Source: Mucinivorans sp.
GTDB lineage: Bacteria; Bacteroidota; Bacteroidia; Bacteroidales; Rikenellaceae
Direction: 5' to 3'
Assembly: GCA_036654415.1 (NCBI GenBank)
Contig: JAVVSB010000002.1
Location: 12,630 to 76,629, forward strand
Length of the DNA stretch: 64,000 nt
Both the position numbers and the translations under genes were made by a program. Below, in pieces: positions 17,950 to 28,070 of the stretch. The notes beneath the pieces are model-generated. The model searched no databases and was not told the DNA's origin. It saw only the letters and a list, made by a program, of their open reading frames with translations. Each line of letters begins with the position of its first letter. Positions within the stretch are counted from its first letter, which is position 1.

Positions 17950-19095
17950 ATGAAATACGCTTTAAACGACCATATACCCCCCACACCCTTTTATTACTAC
18001 GACATGGAGCTGCTGGAGCAGACCCTTGGCCGAGCGCAGGCTGCCTCTGAGCGTTATGGCTACCGTCTGCACTACGCCATGAAGGCCAATGTGGAGCCCC
18101 GAATATTGAAGAGCATAGCCCGCCATGGAATGGGGGCCGACTGCGTTAGCGGTTGGGAGGTCGAGGCCGCCCTTAAGGGGGGCTTCCCAGCAAGTAAAAT
18201 TGTCTTTGCGGGGGTGGGTAAGAGCGATAGTGAGATGGTCTATGCCCTGGAAAAGGAGATATTTTGCTTCAATTGCGAATCGCTCGAGGAGCTTCAGGTG
18301 CTCTCCTGTTTGGCCGCCAAGCATGGTGTGGTGGCGCGCGTGGCCCTGCGCATCAACCCCGATGTGGAGCCCCAGACCCACAAATATATCTCGACAGGCC
18401 ACGGAGCTAGCAAGTTCGGCATCGCCTACAACGAGGTCGAGAAGTTTATGGCTGCCCGCTCTCACTTTACCAATATCAAAGTGGTGGGGTTGCATTTTCA
18501 CATTGGTTCTCAGATTGTTAAACTTGAATATTTTGAGCAGTTGGCCCAAAAGGCCGCTTCACTCTGCCGCTGGTTCGAGCAACGTGGGCTCCCCATCGAG
18601 CACCTCAATATGGGAGGTGGCTTGGGCATTAACTACCAAAATCCCGACAGTGAGCTTGTACCCGACTTCGAGGGCTATATGGCCTGCTTTGCGCGCCACC
18701 TACCCCAGGACAAGACCATCCATTTCGAGCTTGGTCGCTCGTTGGTGGCCCAGTGTGGCGAGCTGTTAACGCGCGTGCTCTATACCAAAAACACCGTCAG
18801 TGGCGACCGTTTTATTATTGTTGATGCTGGGCTTACCGAACTCATCCGCCCCGCTCTCTACGCCGCCCACCACCACATCGAGAACCTTTCGGGCCAGGGG
18901 CGTACCATGGAGCGTTACTATATTGGGGGCCCCATCTGCGAGTCGAGCGACATCTTTGCCCATGACATCGAGTTTCCACTCTCCCATCGGGGGGACCTGC
19001 TGACCATCCGCTCCACGGGGGCCTATGGTAGCATCATGAGTTCGCACTACAACTGCCGTCCGCTGGCGGCGACCTACTTTTCGGATAATGAGTGA
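17950..19095 (+). CDS. lysA: Diaminopimelate decarboxylase
   Basis: YAMKAN (PLP lysine), [16 protein letters not shown]; TACCTTTG box at 17919-17926. Confidence 0.93.
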   Translation: MKYALNDHIPPTPFYYYDMELLEQTLGRAQAASERYGYRLHYAMKANVEPRILKSIARHGMGADCVSGWEVEAALKGGFPASKIVFAGVGKSDSEMVYALEKEIFCFNCESLEELQVLSCLAAKHGVVARVALRINPDVEPQTHKYISTGHGASKFGIAYNEVEKFMAARSHFTNIKVVGLHFHIGSQIVKLEYFEQLAQKAASLCRWFEQRGLPIEHLNMGGGLGINYQNPDSELVPDFEGYMACFARHLPQDKTIHFELGRSLVAQCGELLTRVLYTKNTVSGDRFIIVDAGLTELIRPALYAAHHHIENLSGQGRTMERYYIGGPICESSDIFAHDIEFPLSHRGDLLTIRSTGAYGSIMSSHYNCRPLAATYFSDNE

Positions 19096-20092
19096 GATAA
19101 GAGATATAGAACGGGACCCTGAGCTCGACGAGCTAATCCGTCCGCAGCAGCTCGCGGGTTTTGCTGGGCAGAATAAGATTGTGGACAACCTCCACGTCTT
19201 TATTCGTGCTGCCCTTATGCGCGATGAGCCCCTGGACCACGTGCTACTCCATGGCCCTCCAGGGCTGGGTAAGACCACCCTGGCGGGCATCATCACCAAC
19301 GAACTGGGGGTTTCGCTCAAGGTCACCTCGGGCCCTGTGCTCGATAAGCCTGGTGATTTGGCGGGGTTGCTGACCTCTTTGGCCGAGGGTGATGTGCTAT
19401 TTATTGACGAGATTCACCGCTTGAGCCCCATTGTCGAGGAGTATCTCTATTCGGCCATGGAGGATTACAAGATTGATATTATGCTCGATAAGGGGGCTTC
19501 GGCCCGTTCGGTGCAAATTAAGCTCAACCCCTTCACCCTTATCGGAGCCACCACGCGTAGCGGACTGCTAACTAGCCCTTTGCGAGCTCGTTTTGGGATT
19601 CAGTGCCATCTGCAATATTACGATGCTTCGACCCTTCGTTCCATTGTATGTCGTTCGGCCAATATTCTTGGCATCGAAATTGAGACTGAAGCTTCGGCCG
19701 AGATAGCGGGTCGTAGCCGTGGCACCCCTCGTATAGCCAATGCGCTGCTCAGGCGGGTGCGTGACTTTGCCATGGTCAAGGGTTCGGGTGTGATAACGCT
19801 GCCCATAACGCAGATGGCCCTCCAAGCCCTGGATATCGACACTAAGGGACTCGACGAGATGGATAATCGCATATTGGGGGCCATAATCCACAAGTTTGGC
19901 GGTGGTCCCGTGGGGCTAACCACCATTGCCACAGCCGTTAGCGAGGATGCAGGCACCATCGAGGAGGTCTATGAGCCTTTCCTTATCCAAGAGGGATTCC
20001 TCAAACGCACACCTCGAGGCCGTGAGGCCACACCGCTGGCCTACACCCATTTGGGGGTAGAGTGTAATTTACAGCAACAAACTTTATTTTAG
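19088..20092 (+). CDS. ruvB: Holliday junction helicase RuvB
   Basis: [40 protein letters not shown]. Confidence 0.97.
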   Translation: MSEIRDIERDPELDELIRPQQLAGFAGQNKIVDNLHVFIRAALMRDEPLDHVLLHGPPGLGKTTLAGIITNELGVSLKVTSGPVLDKPGDLAGLLTSLAEGDVLFIDEIHRLSPIVEEYLYSAMEDYKIDIMLDKGASARSVQIKLNPFTLIGATTRSGLLTSPLRARFGIQCHLQYYDASTLRSIVCRSANILGIEIETEASAEIAGRSRGTPRIANALLRRVRDFAMVKGSGVITLPITQMALQALDIDTKGLDEMDNRILGAIIHKFGGGPVGLTTIATAVSEDAGTIEEVYEPFLIQEGFLKRTPRGREATPLAYTHLGVECNLQQQTLF

Positions 20093-20159
20093 TTTGGATT
20101 TTTTTTGTAACTTCGTACCCAAAATATACTATTTACTAACTTAAAAAACAAAAAACAAA

Positions 20160-20630
20160 ATGAAACATCTTATTCTTATGATGGTTGCAGTGTTTGCAAT
20201 CTCCATGTCAGCTCAGGCTCAGAAACTTTCAAAAGAGGAAAAAGCAGCAGCCAAAGCTCAAAAAGAGGCCGAAACCAGCGCTCTAATGAAAAATCTATTC
20301 CAGAGCAAAAACTTCCAATTTGTGCCTACTGAAGTTCAGACCAAAACAGGTGGCTCGGTTAATATCAACAAATATGAGTACACCCGCGTGCGTCCCGATA
20401 GCTTCATTGTTCGCATGAGCCAGGCTCCAAGCATTGATGTGCCTAAGTACGAACTTGTTACCAATGAAGCCACAAAAACTGGTTATATCTTTACTGTTAA
20501 GGTAGAGGCAGGGGGCTCAACCAATACCATCTCAATTTCGGTGAACTCCAAGACTGGTTTCGCTCAGATGCGCATCAAGTCCAACAAGGCCGAAGAGCTG
20601 ATATACAAGGGCTCTATTCGCGAAAACTAA
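20160..20630 (+). CDS. DUF4251-like secreted protein
   Basis: Signal peptide, basic helix, beta-rich domain ending IYKGSI. Confidence 0.6.
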   Translation: MKHLILMMVAVFAISMSAQAQKLSKEEKAAAKAQKEAETSALMKNLFQSKNFQFVPTEVQTKTGGSVNINKYEYTRVRPDSFIVRMSQAPSIDVPKYELVTNEATKTGYIFTVKVEAGGSTNTISISVNSKTGFAQMRIKSNKAEELIYKGSIREN

Positions 20631-20674
20631 TTTGTGGTGGGTCTCTTCTGATACCCTAACATCTTAAAAAAAGC

Positions 20675-20717
20675 AGGCGGGTCGCAACTTCTTAAAAAAG
20701 TTGCGACCCGCCTATTT
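20675..20717. terminator. Bidirectional terminator
   Basis: 16-bp perfect stem AGGCGGGTCGCAACTT/AAGTTGCGACCCGCCT between convergent genes. Confidence 0.8.
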
Positions 20718-20740
20718 TACGCGCTAAGTTAGTGGAGTTA

Positions 20741-20835
20741 GAGGTTGTTTTAATTTGTTTTAAAAATTTTATTACTGCTATTTTTGAGACTCTTTCTTCG
20801 ATGATTTGTCGAGATAGTAGCTAAAAAATGGCCTC
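20741..20835 (+). mobile_element. MITE-like element with TTA duplication, abutting the glgB stop codon
   Basis: TTA-GAGGTTGTTTTAA...CTTCGATGATTTGTCGAGATAGTAGCT...AAAATGGCCTC-TTA; the internal motif is the reverse complement of that in the 3146 and 29424 copies. Confidence 0.75.
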
Positions 20836-22854
20836 TTACTCAACGTGTTCAAATACCAAAGCTGTGCGCGATACGTTGTAGATGCTGATATAGTGACGGC
20901 CATCCTCGGTGGTGGTAAAGAACTTGGTTTTGTCCTCTACGCGGCCAAAGCCACCATATATTGTGTCGTCGCTGTTGAGTATTATGCGATACTCGCCCTC
21001 CATGGGCACAGGCATACGGTAGTTCATTATCGAGGCCGAGGGGTGCCAATTCATCACGTAGACCAAGCCAGCTTGTTCAAAGACCATGGTTTTGTTGTCT
21101 TGGTCGTTGAGCAGGTTGTAGCCGTAGCCCGAGTTGAGCACATGGCGCGCCTTGGTTAGGCTAATCATGGCCTTGTCGAAACGTTCTAGGTCACCGTAGC
21201 GTAGCAGTTTATTCTCGGCCAGTGACCACTGACGACGAGCATGAGCATAGCTCCAGGCGTTGCCCTCGCGTGGGAAGTCAATCCACTCAGGGTGGCCAAA
21301 TTCGTTACCCATAAAGTTTAGGTATCCATCGCCACCCAGGGTGATGGTCATCAGGCGAATCATCTTGTGTAGGGCTATACCACGGTCCACAACTATATTT
21401 TTGCTCTTTTTGTCCATCGAGAAGTACATCTCTTTGTCCATCAGGCGGAAGGCTATGGTCTTGTCGCCCACCAAGGCTTGGTCGTGCGATTCGGCGTAGG
21501 CTATGGTCTTGGCGTTGGGTAGGCGGTTGGTCATCATGTCCCACATCTGCCACAGGTCCCACTGTTCGTCGGGGGTATCCTTGAGGTATTTAATCCAAAA
21601 GTCGGGGATGGCCATGGCCAGGCGGTAGTCGAAACCTGTGCCGCCGTCCGAAAGTGAAACGGCCAGCCCTGGCATTCCGCTCACATCCTCGGCTATGGTG
21701 ATGGCCGAAGGCTTCACCTCTTTGACCAACTTATTGGCCAGCGAGAGGTAGGTTAGTGCAGCACGGTTGACCTGGTCGCCAAAATAGGAGTGGTAGCTGC
21801 CAAAATCGGCATAGCCGTGGTGGTAGTAGAGCATGGAGCTTACCCCATCGAAGCGGTAGCCGTCGAAGTGGAACTCGTCGAGCCAATATTTCACATTGCT
21901 CAGCAGTAGGTGCTGCACCTCGAACTTGGCGTAGTCAAAGAGTTTGCTATCCCAATAGGGGTGGTCACCGCCAGGGCCCGCAATGGAGTACATATCGTCC
22001 GAACCGTCCAAACGGTTGATACCTTCGTTTATATTTTTAACATAGTGGCTGTGGACAATATCCATAATCACCCCGATACCCATGGAGTGGGCCTTCTTGA
22101 TTAGGTTCTTGAGCTGTTCGGGCGTGCCGAAGCGCGAAGAGGGGGCAAAAAGGCTCGATACATGGTACCCAAAGGAGCCATAGTATGGATGTTCGGCCAC
22201 GGCCATCATTTGTATGGTGTTGTAACCCAGTCGCTTAACGCGCGGTAAAACATTTTTTGTGAACTCATCGTAACTGCCCACACCCTCTTTTTCCTGAGCC
22301 ATGCCCACATGAACTTCGTAGATGAGTAGGTTATCGATTGAGGAGATATCGAAATCGTCGCCCTTCCAGTCGAATTTATGTTCGGGGGCCCAAATTTGAC
22401 CACAGAAATCTTTGGTCTTGTCGTTCTGCACTACGCGGCGGATATAGGCTGGAATTCGGTCCAGGTAGCTATCATCAGCTCCGTGGACATGTAGTTTGAG
22501 TAGGCTCTCGTGCTTTAGGCGGCCCGCGACGCGTTCATCGGGGATAAATACCGACCATCCGCCCCACTGGTCACGCTCCATGGGAAACTGAAACCGCTCC
22601 CAGTCGTTCCAATCACCGAATACATAGACCTGCTGAGCCTTAGGCAACCAATCGCGAACCCACCAGCCACCAGCATAGGGGTCACGATGGACGCCGTAAT
22701 AGAGGTGCGCATTGGCATAATCACGAAGTGAACCACTAGCACTCTGTATCAGGTGCAGGCGGTCCAGGTAGAGATGGTGACGATACTCTATTTCGCCCGC
22801 AACGGGACGGAGCCACTCATCAGCGGCAACAATTGGAAGTATATTGTTTTCCAT
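20836..22854 (-). CDS. glgB: 1,4-alpha-glucan branching enzyme (GH13)
   Basis: YYGSFGYHV, RFDGVSS, AEDVSG, YAESHDQA, NFMGNEFGHPEWIDFPR. Confidence 0.93.
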   Translation of the reverse strand: MENNILPIVAADEWLRPVAGEIEYRHHLYLDRLHLIQSASGSLRDYANAHLYYGVHRDPYAGGWWVRDWLPKAQQVYVFGDWNDWERFQFPMERDQWGGWSVFIPDERVAGRLKHESLLKLHVHGADDSYLDRIPAYIRRVVQNDKTKDFCGQIWAPEHKFDWKGDDFDISSIDNLLIYEVHVGMAQEKEGVGSYDEFTKNVLPRVKRLGYNTIQMMAVAEHPYYGSFGYHVSSLFAPSSRFGTPEQLKNLIKKAHSMGIGVIMDIVHSHYVKNINEGINRLDGSDDMYSIAGPGGDHPYWDSKLFDYAKFEVQHLLLSNVKYWLDEFHFDGYRFDGVSSMLYYHHGYADFGSYHSYFGDQVNRAALTYLSLANKLVKEVKPSAITIAEDVSGMPGLAVSLSDGGTGFDYRLAMAIPDFWIKYLKDTPDEQWDLWQMWDMMTNRLPNAKTIAYAESHDQALVGDKTIAFRLMDKEMYFSMDKKSKNIVVDRGIALHKMIRLMTITLGGDGYLNFMGNEFGHPEWIDFPREGNAWSYAHARRQWSLAENKLLRYGDLERFDKAMISLTKARHVLNSGYGYNLLNDQDNKTMVFEQAGLVYVMNWHPSASIMNYRMPVPMEGEYRIILNSDDTIYGGFGRVEDKTKFFTTTEDGRHYISIYNVSRTALVFEHVE

Positions 22855-23006
22855 ATCTTCAAGCTATTGATTTTCAATGTACAAAGGTATTGCTTTTTGT
22901 TGAGCAAAACAAACCTAAACAACGAATAATACAAAAAAGAATTTAGATGCGGTGTTCCACACTTTATATTAAACGTATTGATTGGCCAAAATAGTATGCT
23001 TTACTG

Positions 23007-23963
23007 TCACGCAATTGTACTGTTTTTTGCTCGTCGAGTGGCCAAAAAACTTACAATCAACAGTTGTAGAGCATGATAAATCATAATTGGCAGCAACAGC
23101 AGGCTCACCGTGGCGGCATCCTGGACAATGATTTTGCTCATCACAGTGCCGTGAACCAACGATTTTTTAGAGCCGCAAAACAGAGCTGTGGTGGTCTCTT
23201 TTTGACTTAGGTGCAGCCAGCGGCAGAGCCATCCGATGATGAGATAGACGGTGAAAAAGAGGGCCACCATACCCGCCCCCAACAGCAGTAGTGTGGTCCA
23301 GGAGACTGAGCCGAAAACTCCCGAGAAGAACCCCTCGCAAAACGAGGTGTAGACAATGGAGAGGATTACCGCCTGGTCAAAAATCCGTAGTGCATGGCCG
23401 TGACCTTGGGCCCAGAGTCCCCAATAACGGTTGCAGAACATACCCGCGGCCACTGGTAGCAGCACCTGAAGGCAGAGCTTTACCACCACGCTGCCTATGG
23501 GTGCGCCACCCATGTCGGCACTAATAAAGAGCGACATCCACAGCGGGGTGAGCACCACCCCCAGCAGGCTCGAGAGCGAAGCATTGAAGATGGCCGCGGC
23601 CACGTTGCCTCGCGCCATGGAGACCATCACCACACTCGAGGAGACCGTCGAGGGTAGGGCAGCCACAAAAAAGACCCCCACCCACACCATACTAGGAGAG
23701 TGGTGTGGCATGACTAGCAGAATCAAGAGTGGAAAAAGGAGAAAGGTGGAGAGCTGCACTAAGGCGTGGAGCCTAAAATTGGAGAGCCCTGCACGCCACT
23801 GTTGTGGGCTTAGTTTTAGGCCATAGAAAAAAAAGACCCCCACCACGCCCCACGAGGCCACCTCCGATGGGTTGACCCTGCTGCCTGCCACCCCCACCTC
23901 AGGGGCTGCCCAGGCCATGGCCACCAGTGCTAAAAGCAGGAGTATAAAAGGGTCTATCTTCAC
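23007..23963 (-). CDS. Bile acid:sodium symporter (BASS/SBF-like) family transporter
   Basis: FFFYGLKLS, LPSTVSSSV, FCGSKKSL; GTG start directly after the upstream stop. Confidence 0.85.
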   Translation of the reverse strand: MKIDPFILLLLALVAMAWAAPEVGVAGSRVNPSEVASWGVVGVFFFYGLKLSPQQWRAGLSNFRLHALVQLSTFLLFPLLILLVMPHHSPSMVWVGVFFVAALPSTVSSSVVMVSMARGNVAAAIFNASLSSLLGVVLTPLWMSLFISADMGGAPIGSVVVKLCLQVLLPVAAGMFCNRYWGLWAQGHGHALRIFDQAVILSIVYTSFCEGFFSGVFGSVSWTTLLLLGAGMVALFFTVYLIIGWLCRWLHLSQKETTTALFCGSKKSLVHGTVMSKIIVQDAATVSLLLLPIMIYHALQLLIVSFLATRRAKNSTIA

Positions 23964-24860
23964 CTATTCGCAACCCTCGAAGTGGCGTTCCATCTTGGCC
24001 TTATACACATCACCAATGGTGATGAGTATGCCCGTCTCCTCCACATTGCCAAAATCGGGGTTGAGTGCCGTGTCGAAGACCTTCATCGTTGGCGAGAGGT
24101 TCATATAGGCGTTAATTAGGGGCGGAATTGTCTCCTCGAAGTCGCGGATACTCTTGGTCAGTATGCGGTAGTCTTCGGTGTAGTTGCTGCCCACAAAGAG
24201 CCGCTCCATCTGCGTGTCATTAATGTGAATATCCACGGGATAGCGGGTGCACAATAGGTGTTCGCGGTCGGGGAAATATTTGCGCAGGAAGTAGATTAAC
24301 ATATTGCGGGCATTGGTGTTGTATTCGCCATACATAGTTACCTTGCCGAAGAGGTATTTGATTTCGGGGTTGCGCAGCACCAAGGCTCCCAGCCCGTCCC
24401 AAAGGTTGTCCAGGGCAAATAGTGCCTTGCCACCAGCCTGATATTGAGGCTGTACAAAGCTACGCCCCAGTTCAATAAGGTAGGGTAGGTAGTGGCTACG
24501 AAAACGGTCTGAAAACTCAAAATAGTGTTCTGTGCTCAGCTCCACACCCTCTGTGCGGGGGATTATAAAGCGATAGCCACCCAATATTTCGCGCTCGCGT
24601 GGGTCCCAGACAATAAGCTGCTGGTAACCATCGTCGGCCATATCCAGCTCGTCAATGTCCACGCTCTTGCCTGTGCCGCCACCTGCCATACGGAAGGCCA
24701 CCTCGCGAAGTCGCCCTATCTCCTGCATCACATGTGGGGCCTCCGAGGCCCTAATCACATAGACTAAGTTGTTGGCCTTGTTGGTTTGCCGCCATAGGTA
24801 TTTGGGGCGCAATTCCGATTCTATGAGCTTACGCTCGATGGGTAAAATAATGGATTGCAT
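23964..24860 (-). CDS. GNAT N-acyltransferase (OlsB-like), probable glycine-lipid synthase GlsB/ChoA
   Basis: EIGRLREVAFR, LIVWDP, GGYR, IELGRSFV, LPPLINAYM-like (IPPLINAYM); paired with a PlsC-type acyltransferase. Confidence 0.72.
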   Translation of the reverse strand: MQSIILPIERKLIESELRPKYLWRQTNKANNLVYVIRASEAPHVMQEIGRLREVAFRMAGGGTGKSVDIDELDMADDGYQQLIVWDPREREILGGYRFIIPRTEGVELSTEHYFEFSDRFRSHYLPYLIELGRSFVQPQYQAGGKALFALDNLWDGLGALVLRNPEIKYLFGKVTMYGEYNTNARNMLIYFLRKYFPDREHLLCTRYPVDIHINDTQMERLFVGSNYTEDYRILTKSIRDFEETIPPLINAYMNLSPTMKVFDTALNPDFGNVEETGILITIGDVYKAKMERHFEGCE

Positions 24861-24864
24861 ACTG

Positions 24865-25665
24865 TTATCTGTCTTTTAATGAATAACATATTTCACGTAT
24901 CTTTTGGCTCCATTGCTGTGGGGTGAGGCTCGAATCAATAGTAATGGGCTGGCCGATATATATATCCAAATGTTGTCTCTTTTGAGTGAACATCTCGCGC
25001 GGCAGGAGCAACATACCCACATTGAAGCGAACACCCAAAAAGCGGCGCAGACGTTCGATACGGTAAAACCACTTAGAATTTTGGCCATCCACGTAGATGG
25101 GTACCACCTGACGGTTAGACTCCTGAGCCTTGATAACAAAACTTATGCGCCAAGGGGTATCCTCAATCTTCCCATTGATGAGGCGCGAACAAAAACCAGC
25201 GGGAAAGGTGATGATTTGAGAGTGGCCATGGTAGAGCTGCTCAAGGGTGTGATAATATTTGGTGCTCTGTGCCCCATTTTTGTTCACTGGCACAAATATA
25301 GGTGCCAGAGGCTCTATATTCATGAGTAAATCATTGACTATTAGCTTTGTATCATCATACTGTGTCGACAGCGCGTGGGCCAGTACCAAGCCATCGAGCC
25401 CACCAAGGGGGTGGTTGGAGGCAAAGAAAAAACGCCCCGTGCGGGGGAGGTTATCCCTGCCGTGGAGCGTATAGCTGACCCCGATGTCTTGGAGTGCCGC
25501 TGCAATAAAATCTACTGGTGGCAGATGCGAGAAGCTATCCAAAATGGAGTTGATGCGCCTCACACAGAGCAACCTTTCGAGGGCACGCACCGCAAAACGG
25601 GGTATCCACCGATTGACGCGCGGTGCCCTTTGTTGTAGTATCTTTGGTATATCAACCCTCTGCAT
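24865..25665 (-). CDS. PlsC-domain acyltransferase, probable O-acyltransferase GlsA/ChoB
   Basis: SNHPLGGLDG (HX4D) and FPAG motifs. Confidence 0.75.
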   Translation of the reverse strand: MQRVDIPKILQQRAPRVNRWIPRFAVRALERLLCVRRINSILDSFSHLPPVDFIAAALQDIGVSYTLHGRDNLPRTGRFFFASNHPLGGLDGLVLAHALSTQYDDTKLIVNDLLMNIEPLAPIFVPVNKNGAQSTKYYHTLEQLYHGHSQIITFPAGFCSRLINGKIEDTPWRISFVIKAQESNRQVVPIYVDGQNSKWFYRIERLRRFLGVRFNVGMLLLPREMFTQKRQHLDIYIGQPITIDSSLTPQQWSQKIREICYSLKDR

Positions 25666-25742
25666 AGTACAAAGGTAATGCTAAAAATGTAAAAAACTTG
25701 AGTGATTGTTAAAAATTGTCTTCTCTTCGTTGGATATCTATC

Positions 25743-25755
25743 TTAAAACAGCTTC
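25743..25755 (-). mobile_element. Solo MITE terminal repeat
   Basis: TTAAAACAGCTTC followed by TAA; exact match to the consensus end GAAGCTGTTTTAA. Confidence 0.55.
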
Positions 25756-25821
25756 TAAGTAAACATTGGTTTTGCGACCTTGGTTACCTTAAAAAATCTA
25801 ATTTCTAAAAAAATCGCTCCC

Positions 25822-28062
25822 TTATAATATAACCACCTCATCCATAAAGAGCCACGAGGGGCTACCTGCGCGTGGATGGCCCTGAGGTAGAGGACCCATA
25901 TTGCGCGCCTTAATGCGCACATAGCGCGCATGAGTGGCTTCAAACTCGATGGGGTACTCGCGGGTGAAGGCGTTGAAGTTCTCCATAGCAACGGGGTATT
26001 CGGCCTTAAACACATTTGTGAAGGTGTGTCCATCGGGCGAAATATCGACCTCCAGAGCCGTAGGTTGCATCACCGAAGTGGAGCCTATATGTTCAAAAAA
26101 GCGTAGTACAACCTTGGAAATCAGTTCATCATTTTTTAGGTCCACAGTCAGCAGAATGTTGCAATTTTCGAAACCCTGCCACAAGGGGTCATCACCTCGC
26201 TTAATGGCCAGGCGGTTATCCACCAGCGCAGTTGGGCCACCACCACTATATTGTTGGCTGTATGGGCTGCCGTAGATGACCTTCGAGCCTGTGGCCTTGT
26301 TGTTTAGGTGCTCCTGGCGTACTTCGTAGCCTATCTGCACCTCTTGTCCCGCGGCATTGGTGCGCATGGTGCGCGCTCGTAGGGTCACATCTTTGTTCAG
26401 AATCAGAGGCTCCTTATACATTGTGGTGGGCTCAGTGCCGTCCAAAGAGTAGTAGATGGGGAAGATACCCAGTTCGCTGCTCAGCGAGAGGGTGCCACCG
26501 TGCATGGTGAGCTGCGGGGTGAGCGAGCTGCCCGAATAGGTGAGCCCCTGGCGGTCGTAAAAGTCAAATTCACGAGCCATCTTGGCGGCAAAGTGGTCCC
26601 AATTACGCACATTGTTGGGGCTCCACAGAACCTCGCTCAAGGCTGCTAAGCGTGGCAGTAGCATATAGGTTATGTGGTCATAGGAGCTTATGTTTTCGGT
26701 CCAAAGGTTGGCTTGCCCGCCCAGCACAAAACGCTCTTTGTCGGGGGCTATGCCCTTGGGGATGACGGGGAAGTCGTAGACCCGTCTAAGGCCATTGTAT
26801 CCGCCCCAAGCTTGGGGTTCTGAGTCGTGGTAACCTTGGTAGTGGTCAAAATAGACGTAGTCTAGTGGGCACATCACCACATCGTGTCCCGCGTTGGCCG
26901 CATCGATACCGCTCTGGAAACCTGTCCAGCTCATCACTGTGGCCGTCGAGGCCAAACCGCCTTGGGCAATTTCGTCCCAGCCCATAAGCCGCTTACCCAG
27001 CGAATTCACGTGAGTTTCAATGCGGTGGGTAAAGTAACTTTGGAGCTGTTCGCCCGAGGTGAGCTTTTCGCTGCGCATCCTCTTTTGGCAATCCTTGCAG
27101 GCCATCCACTGCCCCTTGCCCACCTCGTCTCCGCCGATATGGATATACTTCGAGGGGAAGAGTTCGGCCACCTCCGAGATTATATTTTCCAGGAAGATAT
27201 ATGTGCTATCCTTACCCGCACAGTAGACCCCGCCACCTGGGGCGGCTGAACTGCAAAAATATTCTGGATAGATGAACGATACGGCCTCGGAGTGGCCTGG
27301 CATCTCGATTTCGGGAATAATTTCGATATAGTGCGAGGCGGCGTAGGAGACAATCTCACGGATGTCGGACTTGGTGTAGAAGCCACCATAGAGGCTATCA
27401 CCTGGTTCAGCATTCACATTGAGCCCCACCCATGGAGCCTCTTTGCGCCCCTCTTTGCGCCAACCACCTTTGGCCGTGAGTTCGGGGTAGTGGTCAATGG
27501 CCACACGCCAGCCTATGCCATCGGTTAGGTGCCAATGGAACTTATTTATTTTGTAAAGCGAAATGAGGTCGATAAACTCCATCACCTTTTGCTTGGGTTG
27601 GAAGTGGCGCGCCACATCTAGCATCACACCGCGCCAGGCAAAGCGTGGGTAGTCCTCCACCTGAACATATGGCACACGCCCCTGCTCATAAAGTTGCATC
27701 AGGCTCACTAGGCCGTAGTAGAGTCCAGCGTAGTCTTTACCTCGGACGCTCACCCCGCTCTTATCGGCTGTTATGGTGTACCCCTCGGCGTGGGTTAGTG
27801 TGGTGTCCAGGTCGATGGATATGGCTTGCCCTGTGCCATCTGGCGGCAAGGACATGGCATAGGAGAAGCGTTTGGCCAAGGAGACCATTACGGCATCGTT
27901 TCGGTCGTAGGATATCATTGCCACCGACACATAGCTGCCTGGGTCAGTGAAACGGATAGAGACAGGCTCGGGGATAATAGTGGGCATGGTGCTCAAAACA
28001 TCCTTTTTGGCGCATGAGCCCATCAGGGTCACGGCAAGCAATAGAAATCCAAGTTTTTTCAT
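25822..28062 (-). CDS. GH20 beta-N-acetylhexosaminidase lipoprotein with C-terminal F5/8-like domain
   Basis: Lipobox LMGSC; MLDVARHF, HWHLTD, HIGGDE. Confidence 0.92.
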   Translation of the reverse strand: MKKLGFLLLAVTLMGSCAKKDVLSTMPTIIPEPVSIRFTDPGSYVSVAMISYDRNDAVMVSLAKRFSYAMSLPPDGTGQAISIDLDTTLTHAEGYTITADKSGVSVRGKDYAGLYYGLVSLMQLYEQGRVPYVQVEDYPRFAWRGVMLDVARHFQPKQKVMEFIDLISLYKINKFHWHLTDGIGWRVAIDHYPELTAKGGWRKEGRKEAPWVGLNVNAEPGDSLYGGFYTKSDIREIVSYAASHYIEIIPEIEMPGHSEAVSFIYPEYFCSSAAPGGGVYCAGKDSTYIFLENIISEVAELFPSKYIHIGGDEVGKGQWMACKDCQKRMRSEKLTSGEQLQSYFTHRIETHVNSLGKRLMGWDEIAQGGLASTATVMSWTGFQSGIDAANAGHDVVMCPLDYVYFDHYQGYHDSEPQAWGGYNGLRRVYDFPVIPKGIAPDKERFVLGGQANLWTENISSYDHITYMLLPRLAALSEVLWSPNNVRNWDHFAAKMAREFDFYDRQGLTYSGSSLTPQLTMHGGTLSLSSELGIFPIYYSLDGTEPTTMYKEPLILNKDVTLRARTMRTNAAGQEVQIGYEVRQEHLNNKATGSKVIYGSPYSQQYSGGGPTALVDNRLAIKRGDDPLWQGFENCNILLTVDLKNDELISKVVLRFFEHIGSTSVMQPTALEVDISPDGHTFTNVFKAEYPVAMENFNAFTREYPIEFEATHARYVRIKARNMGPLPQGHPRAGSPSWLFMDEVVIL

Positions 28063-28070
28063 AGCGATTT

